55,927 nucleotides of DNA from Chiloscyllium plagiosum (GCF_004010195.1 NC_057756.1:9807627-9863553), one strand, 5' to 3'; positions 38,095 to 51,020 are shown, numbered from the stretch's first letter. Notes: generated by a model from the sequence alone, not told the origin. A program made the numbers and translations.

Positions 38095-38267
38095 AGAGTC
38101 AGCACTGAGGGAGTGCCACACCATCGGGAGGGTCAGTGCTGAGGGAACGCCGCGGCGTCCGAGGGTCAGCGCTGAGGGAGTGCCGCGGCGCCCGACGGTC
38201 AGCGCTGAGGGGGCGCCGGGCCGTCCGAGGGTCAGCGCTGAGGGGGCGCCACCCTGTCGGAGGGTCA
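38095..38267 (+). repeat. 33-bp GC-rich minisatellite (cagtgctgagggagtgccgc...gagggt family)
   Basis: About 5 units; the same family occurs at 17357-17393 and 53638-53862. Confidence 0.8.
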
Positions 38268-38387
38268 CAACCTCAGAGGACTCATTGAACTACAACTCTT
38301 GCTTAAAACGTTCTTCATTGAAGAATGCGCCGGAGACCTTACTGAGTTGGTGTTGGGTGGATATTGGACTCTGTGGTCATTACGTTT

Positions 38388-40619
38388 GAGGGAGAAGACG
38401 AGAGCGAGGGAGAAGACGAGAGCGAGGGAGAAGACGAGAGCGAGGGAGAAGACGAGAGCGAGGGAGAAGACGAGAGCGAGGGAGAAGACGAGAGCGAGGG
38501 AGAAGACGAGAGCGAGGGAGAAGACGAGAGCGAGGGAGAAGACGAGAGCGAGGGAGAAGACGAGAGCGAGGGAGAAGACGAGAGCGAGGGAGAAGACGAG
38601 AGCGAGGGAGAAGACGAGAGCGAGGGAGAAGACGAGAGCGAGGGAGAAGACGAGAGCGAGGGAGAAGACGAGAGCGAGGGAGAAGACGAGAGCGAGGGAG
38701 AAGACGAGAGCGAGGGAGAAGACGAGAGCGAGGGAGAAGACGAGAGCGAGGGAGAAGACGAGAGCGAGGGAGAAGACGAGAGCGAGGGAGAAGACGAGAG
38801 CGAGGGAGAAGACGAGAGCGAGGGAGAAGACGAGAGCGAGGGAGAAGACGAGAGCGAGGGAGAAGACGAGAGCGAGGGAGAAGACGAGAGCGAGGGAGAA
38901 GACGAGAGCGAGGGAGAAGACGAGAGCGAGGGAGAAGACGAGAGCGAGGGAGAAGACGAGAGCGAGGGAGAAGACGAGAGCGAGGGAGAAGACGAGAGCG
39001 AGGGAGAAGACGAGAGCGAGGGAGAAGACGAGAGCGAGGGAGAAGACGAGAGCGAGGGAGAAGACGAGAGCGAGGGAGAAGACGAGAGCGAGGGAGAAGA
39101 CGAGAGCGAGGGAGAAGACGAGAGCGAGGGAGAAGACGAGAGCGAGGGAGAAGACGAGAGCGAGGGAGAAGACGAGAGCGAGGGAGAAGACGAGAGCGAG
39201 GGAGAAGACGAGAGCGAGGGAGAAGACGAGAGCGAGGGAGAAGACGAGAGCGAGGGAGAAGACGAGAGCGAGGGAGAAGACGAGAGCGAGGGAGAAGACG
39301 AGAGCGAGGGAGAAGACGAGAGCGAGGGAGAAGACGAGAGCGAGGGAGAAGACGAGAGCGAGGGAGAAGACGAGAGCGAGGGAGAAGACGAGAGCGAGGG
39401 AGAAGACGAGAGCGAGGGAGAAGACGAGAGCGAGGGAGAAGACGAGAGCGAGGGAGAAGACGAGAGCGAGGGAGAAGACGAGAGCGAGGGAGAAGACGAG
39501 AGCGAGGGAGAAGACGAGAGCGAGGGAGAAGACGAGAGCGAGGGAGAAGACGAGAGCGAGGGAGAAGACGAGAGCGAGGGAGAAGACGAGAGCGAGGGAG
39601 AAGACGAGAGCGAGGGAGAAGACGAGAGCGAGGGAGAAGACGAGAGCGAGGGAGAAGACGAGAGCGAGGGAGAAGACGAGAGCGAGGGAGAAGACGAGAG
39701 CGAGGGAGAAGACGAGAGCGAGGGAGAAGACGAGAGCGAGGGAGAAGACGAGAGCGAGGGAGAAGACGAGAGCGAGGGAGAAGACGAGAGCGAGGGAGAA
39801 GACGAGAGCGAGGGAGAAGACGAGAGCGAGGGAGAAGACGAGAGCGAGGGAGAAGACGAGAGCGAGGGAGAAGACGAGAGCGAGGGAGAAGACGAGAGCG
39901 AGGGAGAAGACGAGAGCGAGGGAGAAGACGAGAGCGAGGGAGAAGACGAGAGCGAGGGAGAAGACGAGAGCGAGGGAGAAGACGAGAGCGAGGGAGAAGA
40001 CGAGAGCGAGGGAGAAGACGAGAGCGAGGGAGAAGACGAGAGCGAGGGAGAAGACGAGAGCGAGGGAGAAGACGAGAGCGAGGGAGAAGACGAGAGCGAG
40101 GGAGAAGACGAGAGCGAGGGAGAAGACGAGAGCGAGGGAGAAGACGAGAGCGAGGGAGAAGACGAGAGCGAGGGAGAAGACGAGAGCGAGGGAGAAGACG
40201 AGAGCGAGGGAGAAGACGAGAGCGAGGGAGAAGACGAGAGCGAGGGAGAAGACGAGAGCGAGGGAGAAGACGAGAGCGAGGGAGAAGACGAGAGCGAGGG
40301 AGAAGACGAGAGCGAGGGAGAAGACGAGAGCGAGGGAGAAGACGAGAGCGAGGGAGAAGACGAGAGCGAGGGAGAAGACGAGAGCGAGGGAGAAGACGAG
40401 AGCGAGGGAGAAGACGAGAGCGAGGGAGAAGACGAGAGCGAGGGAGAAGACGAGAGCGAGGGAGAAGACGAGAGCGAGGGAGAAGACGAGAGCGAGGGAG
40501 AAGACGAGAGCGAGGGAGAAGACGAGAGCGAGGGAGAAGACGAGAGCGAGGGAGAAGACGAGAGCGAGGGAGAAGACGAGAGCGAGGGAGAAGACGAGAG
40601 CGAGAGAGAAGACGAGAGC
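38388..40619. repeat. 18-bp tandem array (GAGGGAGAAGACGAGAGC) x124
   Basis: 2232 bp = 124 units; all appear identical except the last (GAGAGAGAAG...). Confidence 0.97.
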
Positions 40620-40650
40620 GAGAGAGACGGACGGAGACTTGCCCATGTCA

Positions 40651-40656
40651 TTTATT
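40651..40656 (-). terminator. TOMM40: Probable TOMM40 poly(A) signal AATAAA
   Basis: Minus strand TGTA-ctttgtc-AATAAA followed ~20 nt later by a GU/CU-rich tract; ~1.77 kb after the stop codon. Confidence 0.65.
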
Positions 40657-42426
40657 GACAAAGTACAACATGAAACATCATTTGCAAAAAAAAACTGTGT
40701 TTTAAGTTATCAAACATGATTTACACGCAGTGTCCATTCGCTTACAGTATCAAACACTCTGTACATCTCTTCCCGAGGTTTACAGCCTCATTACTGAGGG
40801 AGGGGGTTCCGATTGAGTTCGGAATGAGCTGAGCAAGCCATGGCAACCGTATGTTTGACTGAAGTAAACCAGTTCTGGGAGCGGGGGTGGACAAACTTCG
40901 ACCTCCTGCAATCCCTCACCATCAGTGCAGACAAGATCAGAGGCCGTGGGAGTAACAAGGGAGGGGGGGGGGGAGCAGGGGAGGGAACACAGCCATTTCT
41001 GAGTCAAACAGACCGTCTCCCTCCACCCCCCACCAGGGTTCATGGGCGTTAAGACTAAGTGGCAGGGGGCTGAGGATTGGCAGTGCCTGGGGCACCTTTG
41101 GGTGGCCAGAGTTGTCCAACTCGAATGGCAGCCCACCCCTGGGTGGTGGTAAGGGGGGGGGGGCGATCAAATCCAACAAGAAAATCCAAACCATCTACCT
41201 CCCAACCCAAGACACATCGCGTCCGCCGGTGGGATGGTGAGGGGCTAACACTGCAATAACTCCCCACGTCAAAAGTCTGCTGGGGGAGGGGGTTGGTGAC
41301 AGATTTGGAAGGAGTGGGAGGGGGGGGAGAGAGATGAATTCTGGATCTCCTACCCCACCAGCGCTATCATGTAACCATCTGGAAAGAAAAGTGAATAGCG
41401 AAGCAGCAGGAGGTATTGAGTGAGCCCTCTCTGCAAGTCCGAGTGTTAATGTAATGAAAGGAAACGTGAGGTTCGGATGTCACTTAATGCAGTGCTGTAG
41501 CCAAAACACCCCCACTTTTCCCCGAGGAGGTGCCCCACTGTGACAATGTCACCACACTGACGACGAGAGGATGAACGAGGCAGCTCACCATCACCTTCTC
41601 AAAAGGCAACTAGGGATGGGGCGATAGATGCTGGTGCTGCCAGTCTCACCCACAACAAGAAAGTCCCTCCTTCATATGAAACATTTTTAAGATTCTGTCT
41701 GAGGAAAAGCTTGTGTCTTTTAAGGACGAGCGAGTTTCCGGAAAAAAAAAAATCGACATCAATTTTGACAGCGGCTTCAGATCGCGGTGCCGCCACACAG
41801 ACCGTCTCTATCTGACTGTCTGTCTCTCAAACTGAACTCACCCCAAGGCCACACTCACCCTCTCCAGCACTCACGCTGCAGTGAGATCACAGCCCACAGG
41901 GGGAGACGGTAAGGGGGGGGGGAAAGAGGATGGGCAAGCATGGGGGAGGAGAGCACGCAAGAAGGGAAACTCACATGACGACGATTTCAAAAACATCTGA
42001 GCAAAGAGGTGCCCGATGTTGATAGGAGCTGGAGGGGGTTGAACGGGAGATGTGGGTGAGGGAACAGCTAGGAGGGGAAACAGAGAGGGAGTGGGGAACG
42101 CTCACTTGGAGCGAACCATCTCCCTCGACATTGTTCTCGAGTTGAGTGAACGCCAACCAGAGCGATCGAACACAGACTACCCCACCCCTGTGGAGAGAGG
42201 GGGGATGGGAGGGAGGTTGTGAGCTGCGCTGCTTCATCACCCATCTCCCACACCCCCTCTCTGCTCCCCCTCCCCCCATCACCCCGGCCCCCTCCCTGTC
42301 CCGGAGCAGTGTGCTGTACCATCAGTGAATGGCCCCAGGTTCGACGGTCTCTGTACATTCCAGTAAAAATGAAAAAAACCAACTGCCTTCCTCTGTTGGC
42401 TGCGGGAGACCTTTCCCCGACTGCGA

Positions 42427-42566
42427 TTAGCCAATCGTCAGGCCGAAGCCACACTGGAACTTGTTCTTCCTGTGGTTCAGGAAGGCTCCCATCGCTAAGG
42501 TCAAGGGTAATGGCACCAGCTTCTTTTCCAACGTCGCTCCAACCACCCAGTTGCTGTCTACTGACC
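42427..42566 (-). CDS. TOMM40: TOMM40 last coding exon ([46 protein letters not shown])
   Basis: 140 bp, ag acceptor, TAA stop; near-identical to the vertebrate TOM40 C-terminus. Not shown in the supplied ORF track. Confidence 0.97.
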
Positions 42567-42734
42567 CTGTGGAGTGAACCGGAGAAGGCAGTCATGGTGC
42601 GTTTGCGAACCTTTGGCAGCTCACCCTGAACTCCAGCCTGTCACAGCTTCACTATGTATCAGAGACTGCTACTCAATCTACAACAACCTTTCTCTGTGTC
42701 TCTCCCCCTCCATGCAGGCTGTGCCAAAACAAAT

Positions 42735-43060
42735 TAGATTAGATTAGTTTAGATTCCCTACAGTGCGGAAACAGGCCCTTCGGCCCAACAAGTCCAAATG
42801 GACCCTCTGAAGAGTAACCCACCCAGACCCATTTCCCTCTGACTAATGCACCTAACACTACAGCCAATTTAGCATGGCCAATCCATCCTGACCTGCACAT
42901 CTTTGGACTGTGGGAGGAAACCAGAGCACCCGGGGGAAACCCACGCAGACACGGGGAGAATGTGCAAACTCCACACAGTCAGTCGCCTGAGACGGGAATT
43001 GAACCTGGGTCTCTGGTGCTGTGAGGCAGCAGTGCTAACCACTGAGCCACTGTGCCGCCC
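42735..43060 (-). mobile_element. HE1-type SINE in a TOMM40 intron
   Basis: Full head, core and tail. Confidence 0.9.
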
Positions 43061-43061
43061 C

Positions 43062-43495
43062 AAATGGTATTTACAAAATACCCTGCAAGGACTGCAACAA
43101 ACACTACATCAGACAGAGAACTAGCCACCAGGATACGAGGACAACAACTAACCACCAAAAGACATTAGTATCTTTATACACAGACAAAGAACACCAGCTC
43201 AACTGGGACATGTCCATCCTCGGGCTGGAAAAACAAGAGACACGCACGAGAATCCCAAGAAGCAACGCATTTCAACCGGAATTCTATCAACAAACACATT
43301 AACTTGGATCCCATTTACCAAACTCTGAGAAAAAGAACTGAAAATGATATCTACCACTGTAACAGACCAAGACACCCAAATACAACACGGGACAATAACA
43401 CTAGCGCTTCACCAGAGGCTCACTGATGATGCTACCGAGCACGGTGACGAAACGTCTGAGAACGAACCTACCAGCTCAGTGAGCTAACTTACGAC
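43062..43495 (+). mobile_element. Penelope-like 3' fragment with hammerhead motif (43419-43460)
   Basis: NSINKHINLDPIYQ motif; CTCA-CTGATGA-TGCTACCG-AGCA-CGGTGAC-GAAAC-GTC-TGAG. Confidence 0.75.
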
Positions 43496-44978
43496 AGTTG
43501 GCTGTAGTCTGCATTGACACTCTCTGAACTAGTCCCACCTCACCTCCAGGTCACTGTGGAAGGAAATACCTGCATTTCTATAGCATCTCATGTGGACACT
43601 GGCTGTAAGGCCCTCAGCACATTCTATATAAAAGTGAGTTTCTTTCCTCTTTAATAAAGAAGTAGTCGCTGTTGCATTGTGGGAAACAGGCAGCCAGTTT
43701 GTACACAGAAAGCTCCCACCCAATACTAACAGGAGTCTGAGCCAGATCACCCGCTCCCTGGGGACGGAGGGGAAATGGAGTGCACTCCCACAAACCCATC
43801 CCCCCCATAAAAAATAAACAGCCCCCAGTTAGTTCCGCCAATCGCAACCTGCCCAATTCTTCCTCCTCCCCCACTCGCCCCCTCACAGGCCCGTGCATCT
43901 CTCCCCCCACCCCAAGGGTGAATTGTGAAAATTGGGTGGCATGGGCAAGTCAGGCTAATGTTTCCATGCTGGAGACCTCACGGACTAACTGCTTTTCCAA
44001 TAGCCCCTCTCTCCTCTTGACTGGAAGTTCCTGTTGGATCCTCTCCCTTTCAGGGAACCAGTTTCGCAGCTCACAACAAAAACTCGCCGTGTCAGCGAAC
44101 GATATAGATTCTGAGCCTTTGGTGGACGGAGGAAAAGGCAGTGGAAGGTATTGGTATGAGCATGGGAATAATAACTCCCGAACCCGTGAGTTAATGTGCT
44201 GGGGACACAAGTTCAAATCTCAACACTGCAGCTCATGGCTTTTCAATTCGATAGGAATCTGAAAAAAAACTGGTGACCACAAAGACTGGATTGTTGGGAG
44301 AACAGCCTTTTCCTCGCTGCTATCAGACTGCTGAAGGACCCTCTCACATATCAGAGCTGATCTCTCTCTCTCTCTGCACCCGCTCTGTAGCTGTAACACT
44401 ACACTCTGCATTCTCTTCCATTACCCCGATGTACGGACTGCATACAAAACAATACTTTTCACCGTATCTCGGTACATGCTGCAATAATAAATCACATCGA
44501 AACTCATCGGGTTCACTGTGCTTTTTTGGAAATCTGCCATCTTTATCCGTCCAGACCCACAGCTATGTGACTGACTCTTTCCTTCCCCCTGGAGGAATCA
44601 GCCAGTAACACCCACATCCAATGAATTTACATGAAAGATTCTCTCCAACCTGTGTCCCTCTGGTGACGGACCCTCCTGCCCTGGGGAACTGTGTCCCCCC
44701 CCATCGACTCGTTTAAAACCCTGCAGTGATTCTGAAAGCCCCCATTCGATCTCTTCCTGAGCCTACAAGGGGAACGATCCTCGTCTCTCTCCACATGAAC
44801 TAAACGGCGGACTGTTGCAGTAAATCCCGTCTCCCGTTCCTTCTTGACGTGTATATGGCTCAAAATAGGGCACAGTTAGGGTCATACAGCATGGAGACAG
44901 TCCCTTCGGTCTGACCCGTCCATGCTGACCAGATTTCCTAACCTAATCTAGTCCCATTTGCCAGCAGTTGGCCCATAT

Positions 44979-45307
44979 CATAGAATCCCTGAAGTGTGGA
45001 AACAGGTCCTTCGGCCAACCCACCAACAGTATTCCACCCAAACCCATTCCTCATTACTCTACATTCACCCCTGACTCATGCACCAAACCTACACATCCCT
45101 GGGCACTATGGGACACTTTATAGCATGGCCAATCCACCCTGACCTGCACATCTCTGGACTCTGGGAGGAAGCCGGAGCACCCGGAGGAAACCCACACAGA
45201 CACGGGGAGAATGTGCAAACTCCACACGGACAGTCGCCCGAGGCTGGAATCAAACCTGGGTTCCTGGCGCTGGGAGGCAGCAGTGCTAACCACTGAGCCA
45301 CCGGGCC
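44979..45307 (-). mobile_element. HE1-type SINE in a TOMM40 intron
   Basis: Full head and core. Confidence 0.85.
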
Positions 45308-45666
45308 GTCTCTAAACCTTTCTTGTTCATATCTTGATGTTAAATGTTTTAATTGGATCTCCCTCTTCCTCTGGCACACTCCTACCTCATCCCCAAACCC
45401 ACTTGACTGAACAAAGGGCACTGCTTTGTTGGCAATGCTTCCACCAGGGATCCTACAGCCTCAACTCTGGGCTGATGCTGGCAGCAGGGGGGGGGGGGGT
45501 GCAGCAACGGGGAAGAAATCCTGAGGGAAAGCAACCGCCCACCCACAGATCGTGACACAGGGATTAAATCCACAGCGACGCCCCTGCAGTCGCAGAGCTC
45601 GGGCGGGGGCCTACATGTCCTCGTGACAGAGCACACAAGGAGTGGGTAAGTGATGGGAATACTGAC

Positions 45667-45769
45667 CTTTAAACAGCAGGTTCGCTTTGGGCAGGTCCAG
45701 CTGATACCCAAACGTCACACTGGTGTCCTGCATTCGCAAGCTCGCTTCCAGTTCCACACCTACCTGTAA
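45667..45769 (-). CDS. TOMM40: TOMM40 exon ([34 protein letters not shown])
   Basis: 103 bp, ag/gt boundaries, phase 0 to phase 1. Confidence 0.97.
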
Positions 45770-46126
45770 CTGTCGGGTGGGACGGGGGATAAAACATACA
45801 GGTGGTCAGCTGGAGAGACACAGCCAGCCGGAGAGAGCGGGCGGGCGCGAGACACACAGCCAGCTGGAGAGCGCGCGCAAGAGAGAGACAGCCAGTCAGA
45901 GGGAGCGCGTGTCACACAGCCAGCCAGAGGGAGCGTGAGAGAGACACAGCCAGCCAGAGAGAGTGCGAGACACAGCGACACGGAAATTGGGTAGGGGGAT
46001 ACAGTGAATGAGAGAGCACAATCAGAGGGGCAGGATTAGAAAGGGAGAGAGAAAGGGAGGAAAATGGTGAGGGAGTAAGCGAGACAAATGCTGACAGAGC
46101 TGGGATGGGGGCTGTAGCAGATCTAC

Positions 46127-46203
46127 CTGGTCGTTGGCTTTATGATAGTATGTAGCATGTGCTCCCGCCTGACTGAGCGTGAGGGTTCCTATCCAATTAC
46201 TGC
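46127..46203 (-). CDS. TOMM40: TOMM40 exon ((G)[25 protein letters not shown])
   Basis: 77 bp, ag/gt boundaries, phase 1 to phase 0. Confidence 0.96.
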
Positions 46204-47769
46204 CTGGGAGAGAGTGAGTGAGCAGAAAGATCAGAGTTCAGGTACTCTCACAGTAACATTACTGACCGCAGCAGGAATTACAAACAACTCTTCACCAACA
46301 GCAACAGGACACACAGTCTCCCCACCCTACCTGGACACACCCTCCCTGCACCCCTCACCCTGTCCACACAGCCACTACAGACACACTCCCAGCTGCTGAC
46401 CCACCATTCCCCAAAGGGACAGGGAGCACAGGGACTCAGACGGAGCACACGGAGCCATTACTGGGTGAGGGAGGGGGTGTGTAAGACACTACCTTTCTCT
46501 TATGCAGCACGCGTTACAGAGTTGGATTCCGCTGCCGGAGGGAGGTGACAGTGCAAATGATGAACAATTTCAGACAGATGCATGGTCAAGGGAAATGCAC
46601 ATGTCGGGTTGTGGATAGAGCCAGCACTGACTGGCATACTCTACGTACACCCAACACAGACGAGAAAGGCTGAATGGCCTGGAAACAACGAGGTGTTTCC
46701 AGCTCCTCGGTCCTTTCACACACCACGTCCCACACACTCGCTCACTGCTCAGTAACACTGACAATTCAGAATTCTCCTTCCGGTTTTAAACACCCTTCCA
46801 ACAGCCCCTCCCCACCTCTGTTCCTCCCCCTCCGGCACTGACACCCCCTATCTCTGTCACCCCCCTCCAGCCCCTCCCCATCTCTGTCACCCCCCTCCAG
46901 CCCCTCCCCATCTCTGTCACCCCCCTCCCGCCCCTCCCTATCCCAGTGACCTCCCGCATTCGCAGTGTNNNNNNNNNNNNNNNNNNNNNNNNNNNNNACC
47001 CCCTCCCTATCTCTTAAACCCCCCTCCAGCCCCTCCCTATCCCAGTGACCTCCCGAATTCGTAGTGTCTGGAGCATCCCCGGATTCCCATCACCCTACCA
47101 CTGGAAGGGGTGGGGGTAATAAGTGTGCTCAGCTTCAGGACCCCTTCCTGAATCCTGCCTGCTCTCCTTTGTTCAGAACTCTTCAAGCAATAGATATCTA
47201 TTGATGTGCTTCACGGTAACACCAAGAATCCTGTGAAATGTCAGGTTTTGTGGGCTGTGAGAAAGCAGCTGGTTGTAGTCATGTAAAAACAGACCCTCAA
47301 TAACTCAGGAACGAGTGATGGGGTTACTGCAAAATCGGTTTACTCATTACCACCCACAGTGCCCATCGGGGGGAGGATCGTGTGTTACCATTGGACATGT
47401 CCAACTGGACAGCAACTGCTCCCTCAACCTCCATGAAGCTGGTGACGAGAGGGAGTGCCACAGGCTGTGTTCCCACAACACGATCCTCTTTCCTGATCTT
47501 GAGTGGGGAGGGTGTTTGGAAACCTGGTAAATATCCTACTCACTACGTTTAACGAAGGCTGTATTCAGGAACCAGAACAGTGCTCAGCCCCATTTCAACT
47601 GAAGACAGACTCAAGGGTGGAGCAGCACCACCACCTTGTGGCCCAAACTGGGAATTACAGTGGTCTCTGTCTCTCAAGATGAGAAGGTTACAGGGTGACC
47701 TAATGGGGGAATTAAAGACAGTTGAAGGATTTGGGAGAGTTAGATGGGGAGGGACGGCCATTCAGCCCC

Positions 47770-48120
47770 ATCATACAGATTTACAGCACAGAAACAGACC
47801 CTTTGGTCCAACTCGTCCATGCCGCCCAGATATCCTAACCTAATCTAGACCCATTTGCCAGCACTTAGCCCATATCCTTCCTATTCATATACCCATCCAG
47901 ATGCCTTTTAAACACTGTAATTGTACCAGCCCCCACCACTTCCTCTGGCGGCTCATTCCATACACGCACCACCCTCTGCGTGAAAACGTTGCCCCTTAGG
48001 TCTCTTTTATATCTTTCCCATCTCACCCTAAATCTATACCCTCTAGTTCTGGACGCCCCCACCCCAGGGAAAAGACCTTGTCTATTTATCCTATCCATGC
48101 TCATGATTTTATAAACCTCT
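47770..48120 (-). mobile_element. CR1 (HER1-like) LINE 3' end
   Basis: SRTRGYRFRVR..DLRGNVFTQRVVRVWN...FKRHLDGYM. Confidence 0.85.
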
Positions 48121-49092
48121 CAGCTTCCAATGCTCCAGATCATGATTAGTCTGCATAGACCACACTACAGAACAGGGACAGGCCCTTTGGCCCATCCTGT
48201 TTGTGCTGGCCATGATGCCACTCTGAACTAATCCCAACTGCCTGCATGTGGCCCATATTCCTCCTGTTCACTGATCTGTTTAAATGAAACCTATGACATT
48301 GTTACTGTATTTGCTTCTCCCACCTCCCCTTGGCAGCACCTTCCAGGCGCTTATCACCCGCTGGATAGTACACCTTCCCTCGTACATCTGCCTTAAACCT
48401 TCCCCCTTCGTTATAAATCCCTTAAGCCGACAAATGGACTGATGCTCAGCCTCAAAAATGGGTTTTGAGCAAAAGGAGCACACCGTGTGGGAGTGAAAAA
48501 AGGACAGGTTCGAATTTGAAGGGAGTGCGTGTGCACCCCCTCCTCCCCAATACCCCTAAGCAAACCGTCCCTCCCCATCTAACTCTCCCAAATCCTTCAA
48601 CTGTCTTTAATTCCCCCATTAGGTCACCCCGTAACCTTCTCATCTTGAGAGACAGAGACCAACGTTAGAACTAGGAGCAGTAGACCATTCGGCCCTTCAA
48701 GCCTGCCCTGACCATTCAACAAGATCGCGGCTGATCTTTGCGTGGCCTCAGATCCACCCATCCGCCCTCTCACTGTATCCCTTAATCACTTTACTGTTCA
48801 ATAAAATCTACCTTAGCTTTAAAAACGTTTATTGAAGTAGCGTCAACTACTCCCCTGGGCAAGGAATTCCACAGATTCACAATCCTCTGGGTGAAGCGCA
48901 GAATGTGTGCGTTTCCTCAGAATCTAAACCCTCTATGTGCCAGGTATCATTCGTGGGAATAACATTACATCCCCGCCCCCAACAGCACAGCAGAGTTTTT
49001 GATAGTTTAAAAATCTCTCAGGTGGTCCACTTCATGCTGGTGTGAGACAGACAGAATCACAGGGAGGAGCAAATTACTGCAAACACGGAAAT

Positions 49093-49548
49093 AGGGTGGC
49101 TCAGTGGTTAGCACTGCTGCCTCACAGAGTCCCAGGTTCGATTCCAGCCTCAGGCGACTGTCTGTGTGGAGTTTGGACATTCTCCCTGTGTCTGTGTGGG
49201 TTTCCTCCGGGTGCTCCGGTTCCCTCCCACAGTCCAAAGGGTGGATTGGCCACGGGAAAGTGCCCATAGTGTTAGGTGCATGAGTCAGAAGGAAATGGGT
49301 CTGGGTGGGTTACTCTTCAGAGGGTCGGTATGGACTTGCTGGGCCGAAGGGCCTACTTCCATACTTTAGGGAATCTAAGGGGCGGCAGGTTAGGTGAATT
49401 GGCCATGCTAAATTGTCCCATAGTGTTAGGTGCATTAATCAAGGGTAAATACAGGGTAGGCAAATGAGTCTGGGTGGGTTGCTCTTCGGAGGGTCGGTGT
49501 GGACTGGTTGGGCCAAAGGGCCTGTTTCCATACTGTAGGGAATCTAAT
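49093..49548 (+). mobile_element. HE1-type SINE with duplicated 3' half
   Basis: Head at 49093; tail ...gggaatctaa occurs twice (~49378, ~49547). Confidence 0.85.
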
Positions 49549-50496
49549 TTGAAGAGGATGGGAAAACAACAAATACTGGAGATCACAACGGGTCAGACAG
49601 CATCCATAGGGAGAGAGAGAGCGAGCCAATGGTTCAAGTCGAGATGACTCGGCGAGATGGCTCTGATAAACAGTCACCTTGATTCGAACCTTAGCTTGCA
49701 TTCTCTCCATGGACATTGCCTGACCCGCTGTGATCTCCAACACGAGCAGGCTGAATCGCTCCAATGGCGACAGCCTGGTGCCAATAACACCATGGTCATG
49801 GGTTCAGTCCCCACCCTGGCCAATGTCTCAGGTAGCCCTCAGCTCTTCAGTGCTGTGTCAGTGAGTATTAGCTCTGAGCCCAGGAGGCCCAGGTCTGAGC
49901 CACACCTGCTCCAGAGGTGTGTAGGAACATCGCCGAAACTTTCTAATCAACCAGAAAGTAGCTACAAATCACAACCAGAGATGTTTCAAGGCATGAGACG
50001 GCCATTCAGCCCCACCACACCAGCATCGCGAGTGGTCTCTCAGTTCCCTTCTGCTTGTACGCCTCACTCCCCGATAATGGACACCCAGGTCACGGAGTGT
50101 TCCAGTTGCAACCACAGACGTCACCACCTGCCCGAGCTCAGAAACGCAGAGCTGACAGTTCTCCAGATCCTGTGGGCATACTTGGTGAGGTCATATGTGG
50201 TGCTCAGAACACGCCCAAGACGGATATTCCACATGACCAAGCTGCCCTGCCATACCTTGAGCTGAGATCTAGCCTATTTACTCAACTGTGGAAATGAGAA
50301 AATAGGAAGAATTATTTACCCTTAACCCTGCAGCGACCAATCAGGCGTCGAAGCACAAGATTAATTAGATATTCCAGCAGGGAGAGAAATTTTAAAAATA
50401 AATCCAAGGGGCTCCTCCATCTCCCAGCAGCCACTTCAAGCCCCATCCTGTCACCGTCCCACACACGGCCCAGACAATAGCGGCTGGCTGACTCAC

Positions 50497-50619
50497 CTGT
50501 ATACCTGCCAGCGACAGACATGACTGCACCTTCCTCGCCTGGTCGCCGGTGATAGACAAGTTCCCCGCCCAGAGCCAGACTCGGCGTGATACTCTGTAGA
50601 TAGTGAGCCACGACGATTC
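50497..50619 (-). CDS. TOMM40: TOMM40 exon ((G)[40 protein letters not shown])
   Basis: 123 bp, ag/gt boundaries, phase 1 to phase 1. Confidence 0.97.
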
Positions 50620-50723
50620 CTGCAAATCGAAATGGGATAAGGTCATATTCCAGGCAATTCCCAACCAAACCACAAGCACACTCTGACATAGTTAGATGGC
50701 TGACACCAATAATACCAGGGGCC

Positions 50724-51020
50724 TGTATAACACTGGGGTACAGTACAGGAGGGGACAGGTCTGTCACTGTATAACACTGGGATACAGGACTGGTGGGGAC
50801 AGGTTTGTCACTGTATAACTCTGGGGTACAGTACTGGTGGGGACGGGTCTGTCACTGTATAACACTGGGGTACAGTACTGGTGGGGACCAGTCTGTCAGC
50901 GTATAACACTAGGGTACAGTACAGGTGATGACAGGTCTGTCGCTGTCTAACACTGGGGTACAGTACTGGTGGGGACCAGTCTGTCAGCGTATAACACTAG
51001 GGTACAGTACTGGTGTGGAT
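50724..51020. repeat. 44-bp intronic minisatellite (tgtataacactggggtacagtactggtggggacaggtctgtcac)
   Basis: About 7 diverged units. Confidence 0.85.

Noticed and set aside
38388..40619. CRISPR-like array
   Set aside because: Contiguous identical units without spacers, in a vertebrate genome.
38265..40719. 760-800 aa ORFs (poly-EGEDES, REKTRA, SLALVF, SLSSSP), superficially like acidic mineralisation proteins
   Set aside because: The unit has no T on the + strand and no A on the - strand, so all six frames are open automatically. The acidic frame starts at TTG, lacks a signal peptide and shows no synonymous variation.
49657..50265. 202-aa plus-strand ORF antisense to a TOMM40 intron
   Set aside because: Composed of repeat fragments, with no recognisable domain or splice context.
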